Assembly: GCF_030684315.1 (NCBI RefSeq)
Contig: NC_081368.1
Coordinates: 43,725,734-43,789,733 of the forward strand
DNA: 64,000 nucleotides
Direction of reading: 5' to 3'
Source of the DNA: Stegostoma tigrinum
Lineage: Eukaryota
A program made the translations under genes and the position numbers. Within the stretch, counting starts at the first letter, position 1; every line of letters starts with the position of its first letter. A model generated the notes under the pieces. That model saw only the letters and a list, made by a program, of their open reading frames with translations. It ran no database searches and was not told the DNA's origin. Positions 40,432 to 52,558 of this stretch are shown piece by piece.

Positions 40432-41004
40432 AAAGGAACAATAAGTTACCTTTTAAAGACGAACTGCTTTGGGTAAAATTGAGGTCCACTCTCAAATAGG
40501 AAAGATCAGAGAAACTAATTCAGAGCTGTCTGGCTGATAGAAGAAATAGGAAGTAAAATGAAGAAGATAAAATGGGCATATGATTGATATCAAATTGATA
40601 ATGGAAGTACAGAACAGGCTGAATACAAAAAAATTCAGTGGAGAGTGTGAAAACTAATAAGAGAATCAAAATCAAGAATATGAATTAAATATTACTCAAG
40701 TTGAAATCCAAAAACCCACATCAGCATTTTGCATCACACATCATATCATCATCTTATAATCAGCAATCCATTTGTTTACCTATTCCTCTTCTCTCACTCT
40801 CTCTCGCGCTCTCTCTGGCCCCATCTCCATGCATCTTAGTCTCCCCACCCATCACAAACATAAATATCACCTTTTTGCAACTCTTTTCAGTTCTGACAAA
40901 GGGTCACTGAACTCCAAAATGTTAACAGTTTCTCTCTCTACCAGACCGCTTCAATTTCACAATTAATTTCTATTTTTATTCCAAAAGTTGCTTTTTTTTT
41001 CTTT

Positions 41005-41410
41005 CACTTTTGAGATGTGGGCATCTCCACCATCCTATAGTTGCCCATGAGAAGATGGTATGGTACTGTCTCCTTGAACGGCTTTTTTTTTTGTTTTTGT
41101 TTTTGTTTTTGCCATTGCCATTTCTGGTCCCTACATCAATGCCAGGTGGTCTGTCTGTTTCTGTTCCTTTTCTTCCTTTATTTGTAGTCAATACAACTGA
41201 ATGGCTTGCTGATCAACCTCATTGTTGTGGGTTTGGAGTTGCATATAAGCCAGACCAAGTAAGGATGGTAGTTTCCTTCCTGAATAACATTAGTAAAGAG
41301 ATGGGTTTCTCATGATGATCGAAAGTTGTTTAATTCAAGATTAAAACATGGTCTCCAGCACAAATACCAGTCTGGTGAATAGTCTAAAGATAATATCACT
41401 AGACCATCTC
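41005..41410 (-). mobile_element. Bipartite SINE-like derivative (head, LINE 5' part, LINE tail)
   Basis: 41410-41110 aligns to about 45660-45270, and 41080-41005 aligns to the LINE 3' tail. Confidence 0.55.
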
Positions 41411-42177
41411 TGAACCGGAGGTAATGGTAAAAGAAAGGGTGGAGTTAATCACACAGCAGAAGTGGATTTATGCATGGAGCCAGAAGGCATGGTTGAATTA
41501 CTTAACGAGTAATATCCATCTGTCTTTACTGAGGAAGAAGTCGTTGCCTGAGTCATAAGATGATAAACCATCGTTGATACATGAACTAAGAGAAAGTTAC
41601 ATCACCAGGATTGGACTAGATGCATTCAACCTGCTAAGGAGAACAAGTGTGGGAATTGTACAAGTGTTGAAATAATCTTCCAATTTCAATACAGGAGTAA
41701 TGAAAAATTGCAAATATTCAAAAATAGGTGTAAAGATAAGCCCAATAATAACATAATAGTTAATGTAACTTCCATGATAGTTTTAGATTTTTAAAATATT
41801 TTCTTTATCAGTCTGTTCAGAGAAGTTATTGCACATCAGGGAATTGAACTCGAGTCTCTTAGCTCAAGGGCAGGGACATCACCATTCTGCAACAAGAAGC
41901 CTTTAAACGTTTAGAAATTTGACAGGAGAATATTAGCAGTCACTTAGGCGAGTGTGGGTTAATTAAGGAAAGCCATGGATTTGATAAGAGCTAATTGTGC
42001 GTAGTGAATTTGATTGAAATTTTTAACGAAGCAGCAGAGGTGATTGTTCTGTTTATGTGGCCTTTCAAAAGAAATTTGAAATACCACGTAACAGGCTTAT
42101 CAACAAAGACCGTGGACTGGATTTGAAGCCTCTTTTTGTTTTGAGCTAGCTAAGTAAATATAATTGATCTATATATA

Positions 42178-42497
42178 AAACAACTGCAGATGCTGGAAAT
42201 TTGTAACACACAAAATAGAAGTTGCTGGAGAAACTCAGCAGGCCTGGCAGCATCAGAGCAGAGAAAACAATTAACATTTTGAGTCCGGTGACGACTGTTC
42301 AGAACCATCGATAAATGTGTCCTTGTGGATGTTGGGCAAGAACGAGATTAGATGTGGTCCACTTTGTATTTGTATTTGAATAACATCAATATTTCTTGCC
42401 CAGGCATTCTGAAGAAGGATGACAACTCAAAATGTTAACTTTGTTTTCTGTCTACAGATGCTGCCAGACCTGTTGAGTTTCTGCAACAATTTCTATT
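42178..42497. mobile_element. Older inverted pair of PLE-terminus-related repeats
   Basis: The minus arm 42178-42305 and plus arm 42405-42497 are imperfect reverse complements with decayed CTGAAGAAG...AAAATGTT cores. Confidence 0.65.
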
Positions 42498-42684
42498 TTA
42501 AATGTTACAACACCTATCAAGCCAGATTTCATTCTTTGGGATGTGCCTTACCCAGTAGTACCATCAGCTGATGGCCTAACAAGTATAATAAAGATATGTC
42601 ACCTTTGATGCACAGCAGTTATTTCAGCAAGTTGTTGTAATACATAGTGATGTGATGTGATGTGGATTCACAGCTATAACTTAT

Positions 42685-45670
42685 TTATTTTTATTCTGTT
42701 GTGGGATGTAGACACTGCGAGCTGGGCCAGCTCCTAGTTGCCGTTGAGAAGGTGGTGGTGCATTGCTTTCTTGAACTACTACGTTCATACACTCTAGGTT
42801 GACCCACACACCATTAGGGAGGGAATTCCAGAATTTTGACCTTAATGGTGAAGGAACAGTGAAATATTTTCAAGTGAGAATGGTGATTGGCTTGGAGGAG
42901 AACTTGCAGTTGATGGAGTTCCCATGAATCTGCTTTCTTTGTCCTCCTAGATGGAAGTAGTTGTGAGCTTGGAAGGTGCAGACTAAGGACTGACCTGCTC
43001 TTGTAGCCACTGTATTTATATGGCAAGTCCAGTTAAGTTTCTGATCAATGGTAACCCCGACTAAGTTGATCATGAGGATTTCAGTAAAGGTAACACAATT
43101 GAATGTCATGGGGCATGGTTTGATTGTCTCTTATTGGAGATGGTCACTGTGTGGTGTAGATTTTATGTAACTTTTCATATATAAGATTTTACATAAGATT
43201 TTATACTTGTCAGCCCACACCTGGATATTGCCCAGATCTTGTTGCATTTGAACATGGCCTGCTTCATTGTCTGAGGAGTCATCAATGATACAGAACATTG
43301 TGCGGTCATCAGCAAACTCCCCCACTTCTGAACTTAGGATGGAGGAATGGATACAGCAGTTGAAGCAGTTGGGACTAGGACACTACCCTGAGGAACTCCT
43401 GCAGAGGTGAATGACCTGTAACTTCCACATTCATCCTCCTGTCAGCCAGGTATGATTCCAGCCAGTGGAGAGTTTTTCCCTGATTTCTATTGATTCCAGT
43501 TTTGCTAGGGCTCCTTGATGGCATACTCAGTCGAACGCACCTTTGATGTCAAGGGCTGTCACTGTCACTCTCACGTCACCTCTGGAGTTTTCTATCCATA
43601 TTCGAACCAAGGCAGTAATGAGGTCAGGAGCTGAGTGGTCCTGGCAGAACATAAACTGGGTGTCACTCAGCAGGTTATTGCTGAACAGGTGCTGCTTGAT
43701 AGCACTGTTGGTAACACCTTCCATCACTTTACTGATGATCAAGAGTAGATTGATAAGGCAGTAAATGGCTAAGTTGGATTTGTCCTGCTTTTTATGTACA
43801 GGACATACTTTGGTAATTTTCCACATTGTTGGGTAGATGCCCGTGTGGTAACTGCACTGGAGCAGCTTGGCTAGGGGCAAGGTAAGTTCTGAAGCACAAG
43901 TCTTCAGTACTATTGCTGGAATGTTGTCAGGCCCATAGTCTTCACCATATCCAGTGCCTCCAACCATTTCATCATACCAGTAGGAGTGAATCGATATGGC
44001 TGAAGACTGGTTTCACTGATGCTGGGGACCACAAGCCGGCCAAGATGGATCATCCGCTCTGCATTTCTGGCTGCAAAATGCTGCAAATGCTTCAACCTTC
44101 TCTTTTGCACTGATGTGTTGTGCTGTTTCATTATTGAGGGTGGGAATGTTTGTGGAATCTCCTCCTCCAGTGAGATACTTAATTATCCACGACTATTCAT
44201 GATTGAATGTGGCAGGACTACAGAACTTTGGTCTGATCTGTTGGTTACGGGACCCCTTAGCTCTGCCTGTCACTTGTTGCATATGCTGCTTGGCACACAG
44301 TAGTCCTGTTTGGTGGCTTTACCAGGTTGATACCTAATTTTCAAGTATGCCTGGTGCTGCTCCTGGCATGCCCTCTTGCAATCTTCATTGAACCAGGGTT
44401 GATCCCCTGGCTTGATGGTAATGGTTGAGTGGAGGATATGCTGGGCTATGAGGTTACAGATTGTGCTGGAGTACAATTCTGCTGCTGTTGATGGCACACA
44501 ACACCTCATAGATGCCTGGGTCTTGAGTTGCTACGTCTGTTTGAAGTCTGTCCCATTTAGCTTCATGATAACACCCAACAACATGATGGAGGGTGGATTT
44601 TGTCCCCACAAGGACTTTGTGGTGGTCGCTCTTACTGTTATATGAAGATATATCTGCAGCCAGCAGATTGGTAAGGATGAGTTCAAGTACATTTTTACCT
44701 CTTTTTGATTCTTTCATCACCTGCCACAGACCCAATCAAGCAGTTATGTTCTTTAGGACCCAACCAGCTCAATCAGTAGTCGTGTTGCTGAGCCACTTTT
44801 GGTAGTGTACATTGAAAACCCCTGACCCAGAGCACATTTTTCACTATTGCCATTTCTAGCTGAGTGGGTACCATGGTCAGCATGGACCAGTTTAGGCCGA
44901 AGGTCCTGTTTCCGTGCTGTATTACTGTATGACTGTATCTCAGAACTGCCTCCAAATGTTGCTCATCAGCTGAGGAAGAACAGTATATGGTCATCACAGG
45001 AGGTTTCCTTGCCCATCTTTATCTGATGCTACAAGATGTCATGTGTTTGAGATTAAGTAAGAACTTTCAAGGCACCACCACTTAGATCAAGGACATGTCT
45101 AGGGATGGCAATGGTAATGGTGGTGTGTGGGACATAGTCAAACTCTGGACCATTCCTTAGAGACAATGCCAAGTTATTGCTTCACTGGCCTGTGAGACAG
45201 TTCTCCCAAATTTGGTACTAACTCCCAAATGTTGCTAAGGAGGACTTTATAGGGTCAACAGGGCTGTTTTTGCCTTTGTTGTTTCCAGTGCCTGGGTTGA
45301 TGCTGGGTGATCCATCTGGTTTTATTTCTTGTTGAGACTTCATACCAATTGATACAACATGAGTAGTGTGCTAGACCATTTCATAGGGCAGTTGAGCGTT
45401 GACCCATTGCTGTGGACCTGGAGTCACACGTGGGCCAGACCAAGTGATGATGGTTAATTTCCTTCCCTGAAGGACATTAGTGAACTGGATGGGTTTTTCC
45501 TGATGACTGTAAAGCTTTCATCTGAAGAAGCTTAATTCTAAATTTTTTTTTAAACGAATTGCAAATTCCATTATCTGCAGTAGTGGGTTTGGAACTTGGG
45601 TCCTCAGTACATTAGCTGAGTTTCTGGATCAGTAGTCTGATGATAATACTACTATGCCATCACCTCCCCT
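42685..45670 (-). mobile_element. Decayed near-full-length CR1-clade LINE with internal deletions
   Basis: Broken frames give endonuclease (VPNLGELSH; RGKNVLELILTN..SDH), PWFN, and RT (GPDNIPAIVLK, WK..KVCPVHKK, ALDIKGAFD, FADD). The 3' tail at about 42690-42780 is shared with 12770-12860. A tRNA-like head lies at 45670-45560. Confidence 0.85.
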
Positions 45671-47120
45671 TTGAAAACATTGTCTTTCTTTGTTATGAGA
45701 AGACGCTGAATGGATGCCTGGGAGCTGCTGATGTAAGGCATGATTTTTTTTTGTGTGAGTAACTATGTTACATTGCACAAACTCATTGTGGATAAGAGCT
45801 CCTTACTTGGAAGCCTTACCTGCTTCTTAAATATTGCCAGCTGTGTGACCAAGTATTCAGGCTATTCTTTCAAATTTGGCTTTTTGTGCATTTCTATACC
45901 CTGAACACTTCTATTTTTAATGGCAGTACTTGAGCCACTATCCTGCGACACATTGGAATTCGTTTACAAAATCCACGTTCCTTGTTACATCTGCCTTCTC
46001 CTTCTCAAACGCACATCTCCATTTCCCACACTGTATTCCCCGATTTCCTTCAAATTCACTTGGGCTTTCATCATTTGGGGTGAAAAAAAAAGCTACATGA
46101 GCATGTACTTGGGTTTTGCCAATTTTGTCTTTCGCAATTCTGACAATCTTTTTGAGCAATTCATTTGACATTGACACATCAGTATTTCTTGTTTATTAGT
46201 GAATTGGGTAACGCAAAATCAGTTTGGCTTCTGAACCAATTCCAGGACTGAATTGTTGATAATTCTATATTTGTCAACTTGGCAAAGTGCTGCAGAAAAT
46301 ACCAGTGGGTACTGTTTGTAAAGGACGCTGGTGATAGTGCACTATGTTCAATAGGGGGCCATCTACCACAACTAAAGAGGGTTAACTGGCCCAGGTGTGG
46401 TGGGCATTCCCTGTATTTCCCAATGTTTGCTTAATTATGTCTAATCAGCATTTCCTAACTTTTGACATATTCTCTTTCCCAGTTTTGACAGTTACTTGTT
46501 TATTCCTAAAATGACCCATAGATTTAAATAATTCTCCCATGTCCTGAATGTTGATTCATGCTGAGTCCTGCATTCACCAGTTTTAATCCCAGCCACTGTT
46601 TGGAGCTGGTTACAATTGACTTCTGTCTTAGGTTATGAGGAGAAAATTAAACAGATTTCTAATCATTGTCCAGTGACCTTCGTTGGAAAGTATGTGTTTT
46701 TGCAGAAGTTGGGCAAGAAGTGGATTAGCTGCAGTCTGTTTTGCAATTCAATAACTTAATGATATTTTTTGCCTAGTTATCACATGAATGGCAACATTTG
46801 CCTCTGAAATTGTACCCTGCCCTTTAAAGAAAGAAGCTGAAATAATAGGGAAAAATATTTTTCCTTTGCTCCTGATCTAGTTCAGGTTGAAGGGGAGAAA
46901 AGTTCTTTTACCATACCAAATCCAGTTTTGTTCCATACTCTTGGGCTGAGTTCGTACACTCTCTTGTATAAAGGAAGTTGTTGAATGAAGAAGGACGAAC
47001 GTTTTAAAAATATGGAAAACAGACTAGACCAGGTGGTTTGTGAAGAAAAATGGTAACACAGACTTTAATTTTCAGATGTAAATTGGTAATACAATCGCTA
47101 GCTATCGTGAAGGGGGACTG

Positions 47121-47330
47121 TTTAAGACAAATGAAAATAACTAAAATGAGGCATAAAGTGGCATATAGCATTAGTAATTAAAAGCATAATTACAAGTACT
47201 TCTATAATGTACAGATAAGCATCTTTTAAGACAAATGAAAATAACTAAAATGAGGCATAAAGTGGCATATAGCATTAGTAATTAAAAGCATAATTACAAG
47301 TACTTCTATAATGTACAGATAAGCATCTTT
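47121..47330 (+). repeat. Perfect 104-bp tandem duplication
   Basis: TTTAAGACAAATGAAAATAAC...GATAAGCATC starts at 47121 and 47225. Confidence 0.95.
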
Positions 47331-47598
47331 GCCAAAAGTAGAAACAGTGATTTAGTATTTTGTTAAGAATCTTATCTGTGGCGTGTTGGAGGGCCTCTTA
47401 CCTCTTCAATTTTTGATTCCACATTACTTTCTAAAGTTAACCATTTTGCAATCCTAAAATTTCATACTTTTCTTTGGAAATATTACTGCATTGACTTGGA
47501 GTTATCTGTGCTGATGTAAAGACTGTACTCAGGATCAGTTATTGAAAACCTTCGACTGCAGGAATTGAGAGAATGCACGTGGGCCAATCTCACCCATG

Positions 47599-49971
47599 TA
47601 ACTGCTGTCGAGACATTAACCGCCTCAACCTCTCCACCCCTCTCACCCACTCCAACCTCTCCCCCGCAGAACGGGCAGCCCTCCGCTCCCTCCGCTCCAA
47701 CCCCAACCTCACCATCAAACCCGCAGACAAGGGTGGCGCATTGGTAGTATGGCGCACTGACCTCTACATCGCCGAGGCCAGACGCCAACTCTCCGACACC
47801 ACCTCCTACCGCCCCCTCGATCATGACCACACACCCGAGCACCAAACCATCATCTCCAACACCATTCACGACCTCATCACCTCAGGGGACCTCCCACCCA
47901 CAGCCTCCAACCTCATTGTTCCCCAACCCCGCACGGCCCATTTCTATCTCCTTCCCAAAATCCACAAACCTGCCTGCTCTGGTCGACCCATCGTCTCAGC
48001 CTGCTCCTGCCCCATCGAACTCATCTCCACCTATCTGGACTCCATTTACTCCCCTTTGGTCCAGGAACTCCCCACCTACGTCCGTGACACCACCCATGCA
48101 CTCCACCTCCTCCAGGACTTCCAATTCCCTGGCCCCCAACACCTCATATTCACCATGGACGTCCAGTCCCTGTACACCTGCATTCTGCATGGAGATGGCC
48201 TCAAGGCCCTCCGCTTCTTCCTGTCCCGCAGGCCCGACCAGTCCCCCTCCACCGACACACTCATCCGCCTAGCTGAGCTCGTCCTCACACTCAACAACTT
48301 CTCTTTTGACTCCTCCCACTTCCTACAGACTAAGGGGGTGGCCATGGGCACCCGCATGGGCCCCAGCTATGCCTGCCTCTTTGTAGGTTACGTGGAACAG
48401 TCCCTCTTCCGCACCTACACAGGCCCCAAACCCCACCTCTTCCTCCGGTACATTGATGACTGTATCGGCGCCGCATCTTGCTCCCCAGAGGAGCTCGAAC
48501 AGTTCATCCACTTCACCAACACCTTCCACTCCAACCTTCAGTTCACCTGGGCCATCTCCAGCACATCCCTCACCTTCCTGGACCTCTCAGTCTCCATCAC
48601 AGGCAACCAGCTTGTAACTGATGTCCATTTCAAGCCCACCGACTCCCACAGCTACCTAGAATACACCTCCTCCCACCCACCCTCCTGCAAAAATTCCATC
48701 CCCTATTCCCAATTCCTCCGCCTCCGCCGCATCTGCTCCCACGATAAGACATTCCACTCCCGCACATCCCAGATGTCCAAGTTCTTTAAGGACCGCAACT
48801 TTCCCCCCACAGTGATCGAGAACGCCCTTGACCGCGTCTTCCATATTTCCCGCAACACATCCCTCACACCCCGCCCCCGCCACAACCGCCCGAAGAGGAT
48901 CCCCCTCGTTCTCACACACCACCCTACCAACCTCCGGATACAACGCATCATCCTCCGACACTTCCGCCATTTACAATCCGACCCCACCACCCAAGACATT
49001 TTTCCATCCCCTCCCCTGTCTGCTTTCCGGAGAGACCACTCTCTCCGTGACTCCCTTGTTCGCTCCACACTGCCCTCCAACCCCACCACACCCGGCACCT
49101 TCCCCTGCAACCGCAGGAAATGCTACACTTGTCCCCACACCTCCTCCCTCACCGCTATCCCAGGCCCCAAGATGACATTCCACATTAAGCAGAGGTTCAC
49201 CTGCACATCTGCCAATGTGGTATACTGCATCCACTGTACCCGGTGCGGCTTCCTCTACATTGGGGAAACCAAGCGGAGGCTTGGGGACCACTTTGCAGAA
49301 CACCTCCGCTCAGTTCGCAACAAACAACTGCACCTCCCAGTCGCAAACCATTTCCACTCCCCCCTCCCATTCTCTAGATGACATGTCCATCATGGGCCTC
49401 CTGCACTGCCACAATGATGCCACCCGAAGGTTGCAGGAACAGCAACTCATATTCCGCCTGGGAACCCTGCAGCCTAATGGTATCAATGTGGACTTCACTA
49501 GTTTCAAAATCTCCCCTTCCCCTACCGCATCCCTAAACCAGCCCAGTTCGTCCCCTCCCCCCACTGCACCACACAACCAGCCCAGCTCTTCTCCCCCCCC
49601 CCCCCACCCACTGCATCCCAAAACCAGTCCAACCTGTCTCTGCCTCCCTAACCTGTTCTTCCTCTCACCCATCCCTTCCTCCCACCCCAAGCCGCACCCC
49701 CAGCTACCTACTAACCTCATCCCACCTCCTTGACCTGTCCGTCTTCCCTGGACTGACCTATCCCCTCCCTACCTCCCCACCCATACTCTCCTCTCCACCT
49801 ATCTTCTTCACTCTCCATCTTCGGTCCGCCTCCCCCTCTCTCCCTATTTATTCCAGTTCCCTCTCCCCATCCCCCTCTCTGATGAAGGGTCTAGGCCCGA
49901 AACGTCAGCTTTTGTGCTCCTGAGATGCTGCTGGGCCTGCTGTGTTCATCCAGCCTCACATTTTATTATCT
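47599..49971 (+). mobile_element. Penelope-like retroelement, 5'-truncated, young copy
   Basis: The 602-aa frame has KPADKGG, GVAMG, RYIDD and GIY-YIG. A +1 C in the C-run at about 49359-49364 shifts the C-terminus. The terminal repeat has an intact hammerhead core. No clean TSD was seen. Confidence 0.95.
49879..49908 (+). ncRNA. Minimal type I hammerhead ribozyme motif in the PLE terminal repeat
   Basis: CUGAUGA-A-[GGGUCUAGGCCC stem II]-GAAA-CGUC. The palindromic ACGU stem III is compatible only with dimeric folding. Minimal hammerheads are an established feature of PLE pseudo-LTRs. Confidence 0.7.
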
Positions 49972-52299
49972 AGGTACTTGTACTTAGGCAGGTCTGTTGG
50001 ATGTCGATGACTGATCCAAGATTGATGCAATGCCTCATAGCCAGTCATTGAGATCTTGAAACCTTGATGAGCACCATTAGACATTCATCAAATGTGAGGA
50101 GTAAATAATTATGTGTGGGGGGAAAAATTAAACAAATGTGATATTTCTTCACAGATGCTCCTGACTTGTGTTTTTCCAGCATATTTAGTTTTTGTTTTGA
50201 TTTCCAGCATCCACATAATATTGCTTTTTTTAAAATGATTTAAGTTTCTTGTGCTGAAGGTCACTTTCAAATGCAGTTCAAAGTCTGTTTAAGCACTCTG
50301 TGTTTTCAATGAATAGCTCACTCTGCCTATTATTTAGAACGTTGTCACAACCTTCAGGCAAGTCCACCACGAGGTCAGTAAATTGTAAACGAATATAACT
50401 CCTGTAGTCACCTTTTTGGTTTGTGGTGTTTCAAGTTAAAGCATGCTAATTGTTTAATTACAAGTTCATGCTGAGAGTTCTTTTGAGGGTAAACTGATAA
50501 AGCTATGAACAAGAAATTACAAAAATATTAAAACAAATACAAATAAGACAGAAGCTTATGAACAGAAACTCTGTTAGTCTCTGTGATATGCTGTTGCTTG
50601 AGTTCCTCGACGCTGCAGAGAATAGGTTAACATTTAAAGTCATATTTGCAGCTGTAATGGTGCATTGGTTAAGAGGTGGTGTTTTCTTTAAAAGGTGCTT
50701 TCCTCAAAATAGAAGACTTTGAAAGAGATTGACAATTCCTTGATCTTTACAATTTCTGTGATTTTTTTTTAGCACTTTCTGTCTGCCTTTCCTTTAACAG
50801 AACACTGTTTCATTTCTGTGCACCTTTTTCCTTTATGTCTCCTTTGCAAAACCTGTTCTAAGGGTGGTTCTCAAAGCCACCTCTGCACATTGCTTGTTCT
50901 TGGCCAGGTTTCTGTATACAGTTCAAAATGGAGGAATGTCAATTTAAGGGAGTTAAGGGTGCCGTAAAGCAAAGAAACCCCTTCTTAAATTTATTCCTCA
51001 CATTTGCTGTTTCTTTGTGAAGTTAGAATTCTCACATCTTTCATTGTTTTGTGATCCTAGCAGTTGTTACTACTGGATAAATCCACACCTGGACTAATAT
51101 TTGATTTGATGGATTTCTTGAAATTACCAAGGTGATCTTTCAGCCAAACACAGCAAGTAGCACTGTAGATCATTCTTTTTTTTACCCCCTGGTTTTACAA
51201 TAAAATAGAAGTTTACACAAAAGAAAAGATAAAATAAATCAAGCTGTTTACGTTTAACACAATTTGGAAGATTTCTAAGCATACAGTAAAAATACACTTC
51301 CATCTATCCCAGCAATATCCCTTTAAAGATACCCAATCACTAGAGAAAATTCCCTTCTCTATCAAATCTATAGGTATGACATAACTATTGTTTTTAATTC
51401 CTGGTGTTGTAAACACCAGCATCTTCCTTGAGTATTCACACAACTAAGCTTAGACTACCTCAGCTTCAAATTACCCTTTTCCAAATTCTAACCAAGCACT
51501 TCAGGTATGGAACTTATGAATTATGGCAGCGCTAGCAAGATAGGCAGCATTCAGGCTGTCCATTCACTCCAGACCAACCACATTTCCACCCCCCCCCTTC
51601 CTTTTTGTCTTTTTTTAATCTTTTTCTCCTTCATCTTCGTGTTGGCAATGGCAGAGGAGGGATGGAGGATGGCTGAAGTGGGTTTCTTGGTGAGGTGGCA
51701 GCCTGGTCTGACAGCAGATCCAGAGACTCTTGATTGTGATATTCCCTGATCATGGACGACAGGAGTCACTAAGGCAGCAGCTGCAGCAGAGACAGGGCTT
51801 CCAGGTTGTGGTAGGCCCAGAGCAGGGACTCCTGGTTGTTGGCATGATGGCAGCAGCTCCTCGTTGTGGTAGGCTTGGAGCTAGGGACTCCAGATTCTTG
51901 GTAAGGCAGCCATGGCAATGGAGGTGGGAGTTCCTGGTTGTTGGGCAAGTATGCGCCCAACTTGGGACCCGGCATTGTCAGTCAGTTGGTGAGGTGGGCT
52001 CAGCCACGAAGAGGATGGCACCCGACTCCTACATTTGTGGGTACAGTACAGGCTGTTTAATGATGGTGCAGGTGTCGTGGTTCAGCTGGCTGACAGCCCA
52101 GGAATCCTGCTGGAGGCAGCAGAATGAAGATGAGTTTCTTTCAGGTTTTAAAAAAATTCTTTGAACAGTTACATTGGCACCAGATTGTCTTGACAGTTGA
52201 AGCTTTTTGCTGTATTTTACTATGTTGCTCATTATAGACTACAACCGACAATAAATCATCATCCGTTCAAAATCCTTAAACTGAGGTAACATGCTTCCT

Positions 52300-52558
52300 A
52301 ATAGAGTCGTAGAGATGTACAGCCTGGAAGCAGTCCCTTCAGTCCAACTCGTCCATCCTGACCAGATATCCTAAATTAATCTAGTCCCAGCACTTGGTCC
52401 ATATCCCTCTAAACCGTTCCTATTCGTGCATCCTTCCGGATGGCTTTTAAATATTTAATTGTACCATCCTCCACCACTTCCTCTGGCAGCTCATTCCATA
52501 CACACACCACCCTCTGCGTGAAAAAGTTGCCCCTTAGGTGCCTTTCAAATCTTTTCCC
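52300..52558 (-). mobile_element. CR1/HER1-like LINE 3' end
   Basis: Reverse complement of the family seen at 55120-55450, which ends ...ACATCTCTATGACTCTAT. Confidence 0.8.

Noticed and set aside
38284-40499. Many overlapping antisense and alternate-frame ORFs (also 47483-49720)
   Set aside because: These are shadow frames of the C-rich Penelope ORF.
47524-49988. TGTACTCAGG / TGTACTTAGG as TSD of the plus-strand Penelope
   Set aside because: The match is imperfect and offset from both element ends, so it could be chance.
51507-52232. GC-richer stretch with several 70-140 aa ORFs
   Set aside because: No recognisable domain or splice structure; it is more likely an unidentified repeat 3' region.
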